A stretch of DNA of 64,000 nt from an uncultured delta proteobacterium (GTDB lineage Bacteria; Desulfobacterota; Binatia; UBA9968): NCBI GenBank assembly GCA_963745835.1, contig CAVUZH010000005.1, positions 1 to 64,000 on the forward strand. Direction: 5' to 3'. This document shows, piece after piece, positions 39,540 through 49,766 of the stretch. The stretch's first letter is position 1. Each line of letters starts with the position of its first letter. Under the pieces are notes generated by a model. The model had not been told where the DNA came from and did no database searches. It worked only from the letters and a program-made list of their open reading frames with translations. The position numbers and the translations under genes are program-made.

Positions 39540-40847
39540 TCATCGCGTGTCCGAATTAGATCCGCACAGGTCGAGTGCAGCGAGCGCATACACTTTCGCT
39601 GCTTTGACAAGGTTTTCTATGCTAAGCACTTCACTTTGCTGTTGGCTGGGATCGTACACAGTAAATGAACCGGCCGCGGACACACCACCGGGTCCGTAGG
39701 TTAACCCCTTGATCCCATACTCGAACATCGGGCCGGCGTCGCTGGAAACAGCATACCGACTAGGCGCTGCGTACGGTATTGGCTCCCCATACACCGCGTG
39801 GTGGGCTCGTTCCATCGCCATGACGACCGCGCTCTCGCGCTCGAGCTCGTAGCCGTTTCCCATCAAGTAAAAGTGGACCTCGGCCCGGAGATCCGGGTCG
39901 TCGGCTTTTAGATCCGCGATGACCGCTTCAATCTCGCGTTTGGTTTCGATGAAGCTCTGACCCGGAACCAAACGCACATCGACGTAGAGGTTGCAGAAAG
40001 GCGCAGGACATTTGGATGGTTTGTAAGGGTATCCTCCTTGGATGGCGCCGATACCTATGCGCGGCTCCATGAACGCGTGCGGATGTCGTCTCTGGTAGAT
40101 CGGCTCCCATGCTTTGAGGGCTGCGATCACTCGCGTCATTTTCTCGATGGGGTCGATGCCGAACTCTTTGCACCAAGTGTGCTGGGACTTGCCGTAAACG
40201 GTAACTTTGGCGAAGCAGTAACCGGTCTCGCCGATCTGGAGACGCATTCCGGTAGGTTCGCCGATGATCGCGAAGTCAGCGGTTACCCCATGAGTGACCA
40301 TATAACGGGATCCGGACTTGCCGCCGCGGAACTCTCCACCCCTATACTGGTCAACGGGCGCTTTTTCCGTCTCGCCAACCACCCCCGTAACAAGGACATC
40401 ACCCGTTAGTTCCACGCCCGCCCGTTGAAGCGCCCGAATAGCGGTCCAGTAGGCGGCAAACGCTCCCTTCATGTTGGAAGCACCGACTCCGCTGATCCAG
40501 CCGTTCGTGACTGCGGCGCGAATCTGCCCGCCGCCAAAGTCTTCCGAGCTATAATCTCCACCCCATGCCTCCGCTTCACGTCCGGTGGTACTAGTATCGA
40601 AGTGACCGCTGAACAGGAGCGTCGGGTTTCCTTTTTTGCCAGGCAAGCGGCCGATCACATTGTTCCGCCCTGGTTCGACTTCCTGCAGTTGCACGCGCAT
40701 ACCAATTTCCTTCAATCGTCCCGCGAGATAGTCGCCAATGGCTGCTTCGCCACCGGTCGGGCTGTAAAAATTCACCAGATCAACCGTCATCGATACGAGT
40801 TCGTCCTGAGAAATTTGCCTTACAATGCGCTGCTGCAACGCGTCCAT
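39540..40847 (-). CDS. M20/ArgE/DapE-family metallopeptidase-like protein
   Basis: SPTGGE, FSGHFDT, GASNMKG, VVGETE, IIGEPT, DVRL.PG. Confidence 0.88.
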   Translation of the reverse strand: MDALQQRIVRQISQDELVSMTVDLVNFYSPTGGEAAIGDYLAGRLKEIGMRVQLQEVEPGRNNVIGRLPGKKGNPTLLFSGHFDTSTTGREAEAWGGDYSSEDFGGGQIRAAVTNGWISGVGASNMKGAFAAYWTAIRALQRAGVELTGDVLVTGVVGETEKAPVDQYRGGEFRGGKSGSRYMVTHGVTADFAIIGEPTGMRLQIGETGYCFAKVTVYGKSQHTWCKEFGIDPIEKMTRVIAALKAWEPIYQRRHPHAFMEPRIGIGAIQGGYPYKPSKCPAPFCNLYVDVRLVPGQSFIETKREIEAVIADLKADDPDLRAEVHFYLMGNGYELERESAVVMAMERAHHAVYGEPIPYAAPSRYAVSSDAGPMFEYGIKGLTYGPGGVSAAGSFTVYDPSQQQSEVLSIENLVKAAKVYALAALDLCGSNSDTR

Positions 40848-40928
40848 GCGCGCCTCCGATTGATAAGACTGATCACCTGGTCATCTGCTCGCTGATCGTC
40901 ATCGGCGTACAAAACGGCGATCCGCGCG

Positions 40929-41309
40929 CTAGTTTTTTTCCGGTATAATCGCCACGCCTTGAATCTCGACGAGCATCTCCGGGTCGGCGAGTTGAACACC
41001 GCAAATAAGCGCACTGGGTGGGCCGTGCGGAAGCCACCTGTCGCGGGCGCGTCTATGTGCTTCTCGCGCGCGCGGATCGGTGACGTAGGTTGTGAGGCTC
41101 ACGATGTTTTCCAGGGAGCTGCCTAGGCTTTCCAATGTAGCCTTCATGTTTTGATAGGTGTAATCGAATTGCTCCGACACCGTGGTGCCGCGAATCGCCT
41201 GTGTCTTAGGATCTTTGCAGTCTTCGCCGGCCAGAAAAATAAACTTGTCGCACACACATGCTTTTGAGTAAACCCGTTTGGGTTCGTGCTGGATAAACGT
41301 CGGTTGCAT
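40929..41309 (-). CDS. Rid/YjgF family protein (non-canonical, lacks catalytic Arg)
   Basis: YSKA, IFLAG, LESLGSSLENIV, PPSA at the PARS position, LVEIQ.VA. Confidence 0.85.
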   Translation of the reverse strand: MQPTFIQHEPKRVYSKACVCDKFIFLAGEDCKDPKTQAIRGTTVSEQFDYTYQNMKATLESLGSSLENIVSLTTYVTDPRAREAHRRARDRWLPHGPPSALICGVQLADPEMLVEIQGVAIIPEKN

Positions 41310-41348
41310 CGTCTTGTTTTCTCCTCTTATGCGAAATTTATGTTTATC

Positions 41349-42377
41349 TTAGTTCTTGGACACTACGATGTCGCGCAACTTTGCCGCCAGACTCGGTTCC
41401 AGGTTGAAGAACCCTTGCACGATTTTTTCAACTTCGTGACCTGGCAGTGGGTTTAGGTCGAGCTTAGCGGTCTTTGCATCGGCCAAAAAATCCGGGTCTT
41501 TCATGGTCGCCATAAACGCATCACGGAGTATTTTAACTCGATCCTTAGGCGTTGCGGGTGGGAGGGTTAAAGAACGAACCATTGTTGCCGGATCGACAAT
41601 TCCTATCTTGATCAATTGACGCGCGTCATCGTTCTTCGCGAGCTCGAGAGCGTTCGGCACATCCGGAAGGTCCGGATGTCTTTTGGGGAGCATTTGTATG
41701 AGGACTTTTGTACTGCCAGAGTCTAGTCCCTGCCTCCACATTATTTTAATAGTCTCCCATCCCCAGCAACCGCCATCAACTTCTCCGGAGTCCGCAGCCA
41801 CACGTATCTCAGCCGTTCCTTTGTATCCTTCGACAATTTGAATTGGCAGATGTAGCGCCGCCTTCAGAATTTTGGGTATGTCGGAAGTCACAGAACCCGG
41901 TGCCATCGCGCCGATTTTCACGGGCGTCTTCGCTGCCAACCACTGATCGGTGCTAGAGATACCGCTCGATTTTGAGACGGCACAGGACGAGCTGTCTCCT
42001 GCGGGCGCTCCGATCCACTCGAATTTACGCGCATCAAATTCGATCCCCTTTTGTCCGCCGATCACTTGTTGTAAGACCAATCCGCCGATCCAACTTCCGA
42101 TCGTGAGACCGTCGGGCTTTGCCTGATTGTAGAGATAATTCGCCGCAATGAGACTTCCGGCGCCCGGCATGTTATCAACGATCACGGTTGGCTTGCCAGG
42201 AATGTTTTTTCCCAAATGCCGTCCGATTGCGCGCGCGTAGATATCCATTCCGCCGCCAGGCGAAAATCCGACGACAATGCGCAGCGTCTTGTTGCTGTAA
42301 AAATCCTGCGCGCTGGTGTTCGACCCAAAAGCCATAAACAGAGTCATGAACGCCAGCGTAATTTCGAGCCGCTTCAT
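41349..42377 (-). CDS. Bug/TctC substrate-binding protein
   Basis: FYSNKTLRIVVGFSPGGGMDIYAR, NMPGAGS, PDGLT, GYKGT; close paralog of 25396-26427. Confidence 0.92.
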   Translation of the reverse strand: MKRLEITLAFMTLFMAFGSNTSAQDFYSNKTLRIVVGFSPGGGMDIYARAIGRHLGKNIPGKPTVIVDNMPGAGSLIAANYLYNQAKPDGLTIGSWIGGLVLQQVIGGQKGIEFDARKFEWIGAPAGDSSSCAVSKSSGISSTDQWLAAKTPVKIGAMAPGSVTSDIPKILKAALHLPIQIVEGYKGTAEIRVAADSGEVDGGCWGWETIKIMWRQGLDSGSTKVLIQMLPKRHPDLPDVPNALELAKNDDARQLIKIGIVDPATMVRSLTLPPATPKDRVKILRDAFMATMKDPDFLADAKTAKLDLNPLPGHEVEKIVQGFFNLEPSLAAKLRDIVVSKN

Positions 42378-42754
42378 ATGAAATCACCCTCCGTGACGGT
42401 AAGAAGATTTCTAAAGATATAAATTCGAAAAGAAGTGAATTCTCGGTTCGACTTACGGGCGACCATAAGGCAAACGTGAACTAGGTGTCAAGCAAGTCGG
42501 CTGTTATTAACCGAGCTTAAAGAATCATTTTGGCCATCGCTTGAAACGAAGGCAGACTTTGGCGAGCAGACCCGGTCCGGATGACCAAGTTTATTTTTTT
42601 CCTTTATTCCTTCTGTTTTTCCTGTAGGAAGCGCGACACCGCCACTTGTCCGCTAACGATCACGGCTTTTGTGCGACCGTGCATTCTTAAGAAAATCCTC
42701 TTGCTCCGTACCCGCCATCTCCATTAATATCCGCTCATTCAACGGAGGCCTTAG

Positions 42755-43384
42755 TTGGCGAAGACCATCACTATACCAGTCGATGTCTACTTGATCACCC
42801 TTCAGATCGAGAGCTACCAGGTCGTGGAAAAGAAGATCGCGGTTGGTAAAAGCACTCAGATTCAACATGAGCGGGTCAAGGAAACCCGCGACATTCCTCC
42901 TAATCAGAACGACAAAACGGTTATGCGCGCTATCGATGTAGCCAATACAATCTGGGCTCCGGCGGATGTCACCTTTCACCTGCGCAAGAGCTTTTTCCCA
43001 GTAACCGAGGCGCCCGGAAATGTAGAGGAGGTCAGTGTAAGCGGATTTTTTCAGATGATTACGACCTTGAAAATCAAGCCGAGCGGCGCAGTGGCCGCGT
43101 TGTTTGTGAACCGTTTCGAAAAGAGAGATCTAGGAGGATTTGCCGCTGAGGCGCTCGGTGTCTGCATTGTCACCTCGCTTGGCGATCCAGTCCTAGGTAA
43201 GACGCTGGCACATGAATTCGGCCACCTCCTTAGCCTCCCGGACCTGCGTAATGATCCCAAGTCGGTCGCAAATAATTACAACTTGATGTACGAAGCATCA
43301 CGCGCAGGCGATAAACTGACCTCGGACCAAATCAGCAAAGCACGCAATTCTGAACGGGTAAAGCTCGTATATCAGAGCCCTTGA
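42755..43384 (+). CDS. Small zinc metalloprotease-like (metzincin-type) protein
   Basis: GGAGG RBS; LAHEFGHLLSLPD followed by an NLMY Met-turn. Confidence 0.75.
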   Translation: MAKTITIPVDVYLITLQIESYQVVEKKIAVGKSTQIQHERVKETRDIPPNQNDKTVMRAIDVANTIWAPADVTFHLRKSFFPVTEAPGNVEEVSVSGFFQMITTLKIKPSGAVAALFVNRFEKRDLGGFAAEALGVCIVTSLGDPVLGKTLAHEFGHLLSLPDLRNDPKSVANNYNLMYEASRAGDKLTSDQISKARNSERVKLVYQSP

Positions 43385-43527
43385 TCCGAATCTTCTCACA
43401 CAGGTGTCGTTTGCTTCCCGGAATTCATTAACTAGCGATAACCCTTCTCGAGCGATTCGATGTCCGCTGCCGGACGCCCGTGCAGAAAATTAATCAACAC
43501 CATCGTTGATTGGTGATAGGAGTAGGA

Positions 43528-44541
43528 ATGCGATTCGGTATTGAGTTCGGCAGCTATCCGGCGGATTTGGATCCTGCCGAGGTGTGCGAGCAGGTCTCCC
43601 TGCGGGCGCAAGTCGCCTACAAGAACAATTTCGAGGCCTTGTTCGTCGCCCAACATTATCTCACCGGCCCGGATGCGGCGATCTTACAGTCGATTCCTTT
43701 GCTGGCTTACCTTGCCGCGCAGGTACCGGGAATGTATCTCGGCACCTCAATCTTTCTTCTGCCGCTGCATCACCCGGTGATGGTCGCCGAATATATCTCG
43801 ACGTTGGATAATTTATCCGGCGGGAAGGTTCTCTTCGGTGTGGGCCAGGGCTATCGAGAGAACGAGTTCGATTCATTCGGTATCGACAAACGGCAGCGCA
43901 GGAGCCGATTGGTCGAGGGGCTCGCGGTTATTCGAAAGCTCTGGACGGGAGAGCCGGTGGCCTTTCATGGGGAACATTTCCATCTCGATAATGTGATGAG
44001 CCTTCCCACGCCGGTGCAGCGGCCGGGGCCGCCGATTTTGATGGGCGCCGATACCGTGAGAACCGTCGCCAGAGTGCCGGAAGTTGCCGACCACTGGATC
44101 GCCAGCCGCCGCCACTCGAAGAGTTTTTTACGCCAAGCATTGCCGGAGTATAAGGCGGCGTTGGAACGGCAGGGAAGGCCATATCGCGGGTTGTATATTT
44201 TTCGCGATCTTTGCGTCGCCGATACGATGCGCGAAGCGGAGGAGCGCATCAAGGAAGGCTACGAGCGGCGCTACCGGCGCTATCAGCAATGGGGACAGCC
44301 GGGCGAGCGCTATGATCTGAACTTCGATGAGTTAAAGCGTGACCGCTTGATATTCGGAAGCCCGTCCGAAGTTGTCGAGCAAGTGATGGCCTATCATGAA
44401 GAGTTCGGCGCTGAAGTGATGTGGTTCATGGTGGATTGGCCGGGGATGGACCCGCGGTTTACGCTGGAAACGATCGAGCGCTTCGGCAAAGAGGTCATCC
44501 CGCGGATCAAACGGCTGACGCCGGAGTGTCCGCTGCCGTAG
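43528..44541 (+). CDS. LLM-class flavin-dependent oxidoreductase
   Basis: QHY, LPLHHPVMVAE..STLD.LSGG.V.FGVGQGYR..EF, PVQRP.PPI, GSP.EV. Confidence 0.92.
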   Translation: MRFGIEFGSYPADLDPAEVCEQVSLRAQVAYKNNFEALFVAQHYLTGPDAAILQSIPLLAYLAAQVPGMYLGTSIFLLPLHHPVMVAEYISTLDNLSGGKVLFGVGQGYRENEFDSFGIDKRQRRSRLVEGLAVIRKLWTGEPVAFHGEHFHLDNVMSLPTPVQRPGPPILMGADTVRTVARVPEVADHWIASRRHSKSFLRQALPEYKAALERQGRPYRGLYIFRDLCVADTMREAEERIKEGYERRYRRYQQWGQPGERYDLNFDELKRDRLIFGSPSEVVEQVMAYHEEFGAEVMWFMVDWPGMDPRFTLETIERFGKEVIPRIKRLTPECPLP

Positions 44542-44728
44542 GGAGCTCGTTTTAAAGACGCCGTGATCTTCGCCCGATGCGGATCGGCATTATTCTCTAA
44601 AGCGCTTAGAAGAATACCGGCAGCGATATGCTTCCACGCTTATGCTTACGCGCTCATAACTATCAGTCCATTCGCTGATCGAGACGCACCAGATTCCATT
44701 GTTCAAAATTAAGGGATGCCCCGGTCGC

Positions 44729-46057
44729 CTATCTCGTAGTCTCGGGCTTGGTTCCGAGAGCGCAATGAAACGGCTGCGCGATAAAATAGGTTCTGTCGGC
44801 GCCTGCCTGCGCGACCGCCGCGCGCCACTCCTGCATTTCCTCCGTGGTAAAGGTACTGACAATGGCGCTGTGGGCAAACTGCGCTTGCGCCGTATCGGGC
44901 CGATTCGAGGCGGCAAACTGCGGGAACATCTGTACGTGTGTCAGTCCCGCCTGGTGAAAACGTTGGTAGAGGCCGCCATCGGCACAACCCTCTGCGGCAA
45001 CGAATCCGTGTGGAATTTGCGCTTTCGTTTTTAACTCGTCGGGTAGCGGAACATTAATCACCCACGGAATATCCAAGGCCCGCACCATCACCGCAATCCG
45101 TCCACCCGGCTTGGTGACCCTGACCAGTTCCGCGAGCATGCGATCCGCATTTCCCTCTTCAAAAACTGTGAACGAAAAAGCTACATCAACCTGGTTTTCA
45201 CGAAACGGGAGAGCTTCGGCGTCTCCGCCATGAAATGTGATAACGTCTTCAACTCCCTCTTTTCGGGCGAGAGCCGTTGCCTCCCGGAGAAGATAACGAT
45301 TCACGTCTACACCAATAATAGAATTCCTCCGCGTGGTATAATTTGCGAGCCAGCGATCCAGCACTCCCGAGCCACATCCCACTTCCAAAACGACTTCCTC
45401 AGACTTCAGCTGCAGCGCATCGATTATTTGCTTTACGACGCTAAGATACCCGCTGGAATGGCCACGTGATTCCAGCATTGCCAAAAATCCTAATTCGGGA
45501 CCACCAAGCGTGACCGTGCAAAACTGCGCGCTGAGCCGAGCCAGCAGCGGGTCCCATTGTGACGACGCTAAACTCAGTGGTAGCAGAACGAGTGGCGAGC
45601 CTGCGCCTCGACTGTGGTAGGTGATGCCGCCGATTTCACCCCGAACATCGCCATGCACGTTTCTAGGATTTTTTGCTTGTTCACTGGAGAGGCTATTGAG
45701 GATAGCGGTTTCCACTTGTTCAGTGCAGTCGGCAACCACATCGGCCCACGGTGGACTGAAATACCCCGGGAGCCAGACGACCGTAGCTTCTGGCAAACTT
45801 GCCACGGAGTTGCGCACCATAGCCGCCGGACGACCGTAGTCGCCGGCAATAATCAGAAGTCGAGGACCGAGCGCACGCAGACTCGGGTCGAGGCGCGGTG
45901 GGCAGACAAGTGTCAGCGATGCAATCCGTTCCGAATGGGTTCGCGCGAAGTCTATGACATCCGCCAGCATCGAGGCGGCAAAGTGAGCGCGCTCAATACC
46001 GAGGTGGTCGAGTACATGGACCAGACGGTCGGCTGTCGAAAAATTTGCCTCTGCCAT
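44729..46057 (-). CDS. Class I SAM methyltransferase with N-terminal alpha/beta-hydrolase-like segments
   Basis: VLEVGCGSG, GVD, GDAEALPF, ELVRVTKPGG; N-terminal LDHLGIERAH and ITYHSRGAG.PLVLL. Confidence 0.85.
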   Translation of the reverse strand: MAEANFSTADRLVHVLDHLGIERAHFAASMLADVIDFARTHSERIASLTLVCPPRLDPSLRALGPRLLIIAGDYGRPAAMVRNSVASLPEATVVWLPGYFSPPWADVVADCTEQVETAILNSLSSEQAKNPRNVHGDVRGEIGGITYHSRGAGSPLVLLPLSLASSQWDPLLARLSAQFCTVTLGGPELGFLAMLESRGHSSGYLSVVKQIIDALQLKSEEVVLEVGCGSGVLDRWLANYTTRRNSIIGVDVNRYLLREATALARKEGVEDVITFHGGDAEALPFRENQVDVAFSFTVFEEGNADRMLAELVRVTKPGGRIAVMVRALDIPWVINVPLPDELKTKAQIPHGFVAAEGCADGGLYQRFHQAGLTHVQMFPQFAASNRPDTAQAQFAHSAIVSTFTTEEMQEWRAAVAQAGADRTYFIAQPFHCALGTKPETTR

Positions 46058-46435
46058 GAGTGCACCTCGTTTTACGACTAGTCCCATCTAGCCGAACAGC
46101 ATAATGCGATTTCTTAGGGCGACGACTTCTAAACTCGTTCTGGATACTGTCGACAAATCTTTTGATCGCCTCGGCGAACTGGGAGCGGGCCAATCGTCAG
46201 GTCGAAAATAATTATTCTCCAAGCGATCAAGCGGGGCTTATCTCGCTAACCGACCTGAAAAAACTTGAAAATTCGGTTGGACTATCATCCAGTCACCTTA
46301 AGAGTGTCAAGTCCGGAACCATTAGCCTGTCGGCGGTTTAGTATCAAATCCGGATGGGGACGATATGGGAAGGAACGAAGCTTTGTTGACAGACGGTTCC
46401 CTAATATAGTGGAGTCCGGTACGTGGAGGTCTGCC

Positions 46436-47434
46436 ATGGCAAACGCGATATCCAAACCTGAGACGATAAACAAACTGCGATTCGCCGTCGATGCAGGTTT
46501 CGCAATGCTGACAGGTATGCAGCTCGACCTATTCACGCCGTTGAAGCGAGGCTCCATGACCGCCGAGCAGCTCGCCGCCGCGATTGGTGTAAGCCCTGCG
46601 CGGTTGCGCCTTCTTCTCTACGTGCTTGTTGCCGCAGGACTCTTAACGGAGCAGGACGGAATTTTCTCAAACACGATTGAAACCAATCAATTCCTGGTGA
46701 AGGACGAGCCTTCGTACATCGGTAATAGACACGCCGCCATCGCGATGCGCTGGCGGGAAAATTTCAAAACCGCTGAGTCCATCCGTAGTGGTGTGCCAAA
46801 GGCAAAGTTGGATTTCTCCAATGCTCCAGCCGAAGAATTGGAAACGTTTCTTCGCAACATCAACGCGAGCACGGTTCCATCGGCGCGGGCTTTGGTGCAG
46901 ACAGCTGATTTTTCCTCGGTTAAGACATTGTTGGATGTAGGCTGTGGGGGTGCAGGGATCGCCATAACAATAACCAAGGCGTGCCCCCACATAACGGCGA
47001 CAGCGGTTGATCTAGCTCAGGTCGCACCGATTGCTCACAAGATCGTAGCCGAAGAAGGAGCAGCAGAGAGAGTCAAAGTCGTGGCGGCAGACGTTGTAAA
47101 CGGTCCGTTATCGGGAGCCTACGACGCAGCGGTGCTGAGAGCTTTTCTTCAGGTGCTGTCTTCAAAAGATGCCGGGCGGGCGATACAGAATATCGCTGCC
47201 GTATTAAATCCGGGCGGCAGGATCTTCATCATCGGCCAGATTCTCGACGATTCGCGTCGATCTCCTTTGGAGGCGGTTGGATTCAATTTAACTTTTATAA
47301 ATTTCTTCGACTCCGGCGAGTCTTACAGCGAAAGCGAGTACCGAGAATGGTTAACGGCGGCTGGATTTGTCGACATCGAGCGTTCTTTGCTCGCTGACGG
47401 AGGTAGTCTGATGACGGCTCGCAAACTCAAATAA
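46436..47434 (+). CDS. O-methyltransferase (dimerisation domain + Methyltransf_2)
   Basis: GGAGG RBS; LDLFT.L...MTAEQLA, LLDVGCGG.G, VD, LNPGG.IFI. Confidence 0.9.
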   Translation: MANAISKPETINKLRFAVDAGFAMLTGMQLDLFTPLKRGSMTAEQLAAAIGVSPARLRLLLYVLVAAGLLTEQDGIFSNTIETNQFLVKDEPSYIGNRHAAIAMRWRENFKTAESIRSGVPKAKLDFSNAPAEELETFLRNINASTVPSARALVQTADFSSVKTLLDVGCGGAGIAITITKACPHITATAVDLAQVAPIAHKIVAEEGAAERVKVVAADVVNGPLSGAYDAAVLRAFLQVLSSKDAGRAIQNIAAVLNPGGRIFIIGQILDDSRRSPLEAVGFNLTFINFFDSGESYSESEYREWLTAAGFVDIERSLLADGGSLMTARKLK

Positions 47435-47730
47435 CCTGATCGCGCGGTCTTATCTTTAAAATAACTGTGACGTCGATATCTGGATTGGCTATTCGAAGCA
47501 AAAAAGTGCTTCGGTCTTTGCGGGCTCGACTACATGGTGACATCAATTACGTCCATCGTCGCTAGAAAACACTATTGAAAACGCTGTAGCTGTACGAGAC
47601 AGAGATAGCGTGGTTCGATCCGGCAGCTAGGCTGTGGATGCCACGTAAATGGCGATGAACTACGCCGCATCCTTCGTCTTACCTTTCAGCACTTACCGTG
47701 CTATTCACGTCCTACGGGAGGCAGGACATC

Positions 47731-48588
47731 ATGGGAGAAGTTACTGCGAACATACATCAGCTCAATGATTCAGTATTTGCGGTGATCGGCGTCGACGGAG
47801 CGACGAATTTTGGGATTATCAAAGGCAGCGATGACTCGGCGGTTCTGATCGATGCTGACATCCGTCGTATGGATGAGATCGACGACGCGCTTGCAAGGAC
47901 AGGGTGCAAAAAAGTTCGCTATCTGGTGAACACCCACGAGAATTTTGATCACAGCTCTGCGAACGACTATTTCGAGAAAAACGGAACGGTCGTGGTCGGT
48001 ACGAATGGCTGCTATCAGGCGTTGGAGCAAGACGGTGATGAAAAATTCGCCGAGATGGCGGGACGATCGCCGGAGCTGTGGACGCGTTTCCCCGGATTGA
48101 AGATGGCCAACCTGCAGATCACGTTTCCGCAAGAGACGACACTTCATCTCCCGGGCGTGGCCGTCCGGCTACTTTTTGCAGCACATAACGGCAAGAGCCA
48201 TAGCCGCGGCGACGCCATAGCGATTCTTGAGCGCGACAAGATACTATTCGCCGGTGACCTACTTTATACGGACTTTCACCCGGTCACCGTATACGGCAAC
48301 ATTCCCAATTGGATCGAGAGCATCAATCATCTCCTTGCCCACGATTTTGTTTCCGTGGTGCCTGGACACGGGCCGGTATCGAGCGGCGGCAACGACGTTT
48401 ACAAATCCGCCTTCGAGAAGTTTCGTAGCTATCTGGAGGATTTTTACGGCCGGCTCAAAGAAATGAAGGCAGGTAGAAAAAGCCCGGGTGAAGTCGAATC
48501 GTATATGAAGAGCGGGGCATACGCCGCCATGGGTAAGACCTGGATGGTCAAACGAAACATCGAATATTCCCTGAAAGAGGCCAACTAA
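47731..48588 (+). CDS. MBL-fold metallo-hydrolase
   Basis: VLIDA, VNTHENFDH, HSRGD, LFAGDL, VPGHG. Confidence 0.88.
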   Translation: MGEVTANIHQLNDSVFAVIGVDGATNFGIIKGSDDSAVLIDADIRRMDEIDDALARTGCKKVRYLVNTHENFDHSSANDYFEKNGTVVVGTNGCYQALEQDGDEKFAEMAGRSPELWTRFPGLKMANLQITFPQETTLHLPGVAVRLLFAAHNGKSHSRGDAIAILERDKILFAGDLLYTDFHPVTVYGNIPNWIESINHLLAHDFVSVVPGHGPVSSGGNDVYKSAFEKFRSYLEDFYGRLKEMKAGRKSPGEVESYMKSGAYAAMGKTWMVKRNIEYSLKEAN

Positions 48589-49566
48589 ATGCTGCGTCTC
48601 CTGCTTTCGCTGCTTGTGATTGCCTATCTTGCCGGCTCATCCGTTAGTGTTTCTGCCGCCGACAAGCTTCGTGTTGGCTTTCCCTCTCTCGCCACCGCCT
48701 TAAGTCCCACATGGGTCGCAGCAAAGAAAGGCTTTTGGAAGAAATATGATCTCGATGTGGAGCTCATTCTATTATCGGGCGCGGTGATTATTCCGACACT
48801 ACTGAGCGGCAGTCTGGAAGTCGTCATCGGTTCAGACACATCTGCAATCATTTCTAACTTAAAAGGAGGAAACAATCTGCGCCTGGGCGTGACCACCAAC
48901 TCCCTTGGTTCCACCCTGGTGACGCAGCGAAGTGTCGACTCCGTCAAGCAACTTAAAGGAAAGATCATCGGTATCGGTAGCCAAGGATTCAGTTCGCTCG
49001 AGCTGCGCTTATCAAAGCTGCTGCTAGACAATGGCATCGATCCGGAAAAAGAAGTTAAGTTTTTGCCCATCGGAGGTAACCCAAGCGCTCGAGTGGCAGC
49101 TCTGGAGAAGGGACTGGTGGTCGCTGCCATGATCACGCCCCCCTACGATAGGGTCGCCATAGAGAGCGGCATGAAGTCCTTGGCGAAGATTGATGCTCCG
49201 GTTATTGCAGGCGGCATCAACGTCAGAAGCGACTACTTGCAAGGAAATAGAGAAAAACTTCTGAGGTTCTTGAAAGGCTACATCGAAGGGATTCATTTCC
49301 TGATTAATAATAAAAGGGAAACCATCAATATTTTTTCCGATTATCTGGGTGCCCGCGATCCCAAGGTCATAGAATTCTTTTACGGGGAAATCGCCGGGCG
49401 GGTGGAAAAGAACCTGAGTCCGGATCCGGAATCGGTGCGCTTTACGCTCGATTTCATCGGACGCTTGAATCCAAAAGCGAAGGAGATAAAGACAACGGAT
49501 TTTTCAGATCTGTCGCTGTTGGAAGAAATTCACAAGTCGGGATTTATCGAAAAACTGTATCAATAA
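48589..49566 (+). CDS. ABC substrate-binding protein, NMT1/THI5/SsuA-like
   Basis: Signal peptide; GFWKKYDLDVEL, LKGKIIGI; abuts the MBL gene. Confidence 0.9.
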   Translation: MLRLLLSLLVIAYLAGSSVSVSAADKLRVGFPSLATALSPTWVAAKKGFWKKYDLDVELILLSGAVIIPTLLSGSLEVVIGSDTSAIISNLKGGNNLRLGVTTNSLGSTLVTQRSVDSVKQLKGKIIGIGSQGFSSLELRLSKLLLDNGIDPEKEVKFLPIGGNPSARVAALEKGLVVAAMITPPYDRVAIESGMKSLAKIDAPVIAGGINVRSDYLQGNREKLLRFLKGYIEGIHFLINNKRETINIFSDYLGARDPKVIEFFYGEIAGRVEKNLSPDPESVRFTLDFIGRLNPKAKEIKTTDFSDLSLLEEIHKSGFIEKLYQ

Positions 49567-49766
49567 ATACCAGCGGAATTTCAAAACGTAATTCACTGAT
49601 CGTAATCCAGCGTCACCGAAAGGCTGACGGGCAGGTTTGCAGCAACACTCTCGAAGATCAGGGACAGCGGCTCGATTCAACTCGCTTGCGCGAACTGTCG
49701 CGCAACCATCTGTCGTCACCGCCATACACAACGTGAGTCAGGAGTTGGGAATGATGCGTTCAATGA

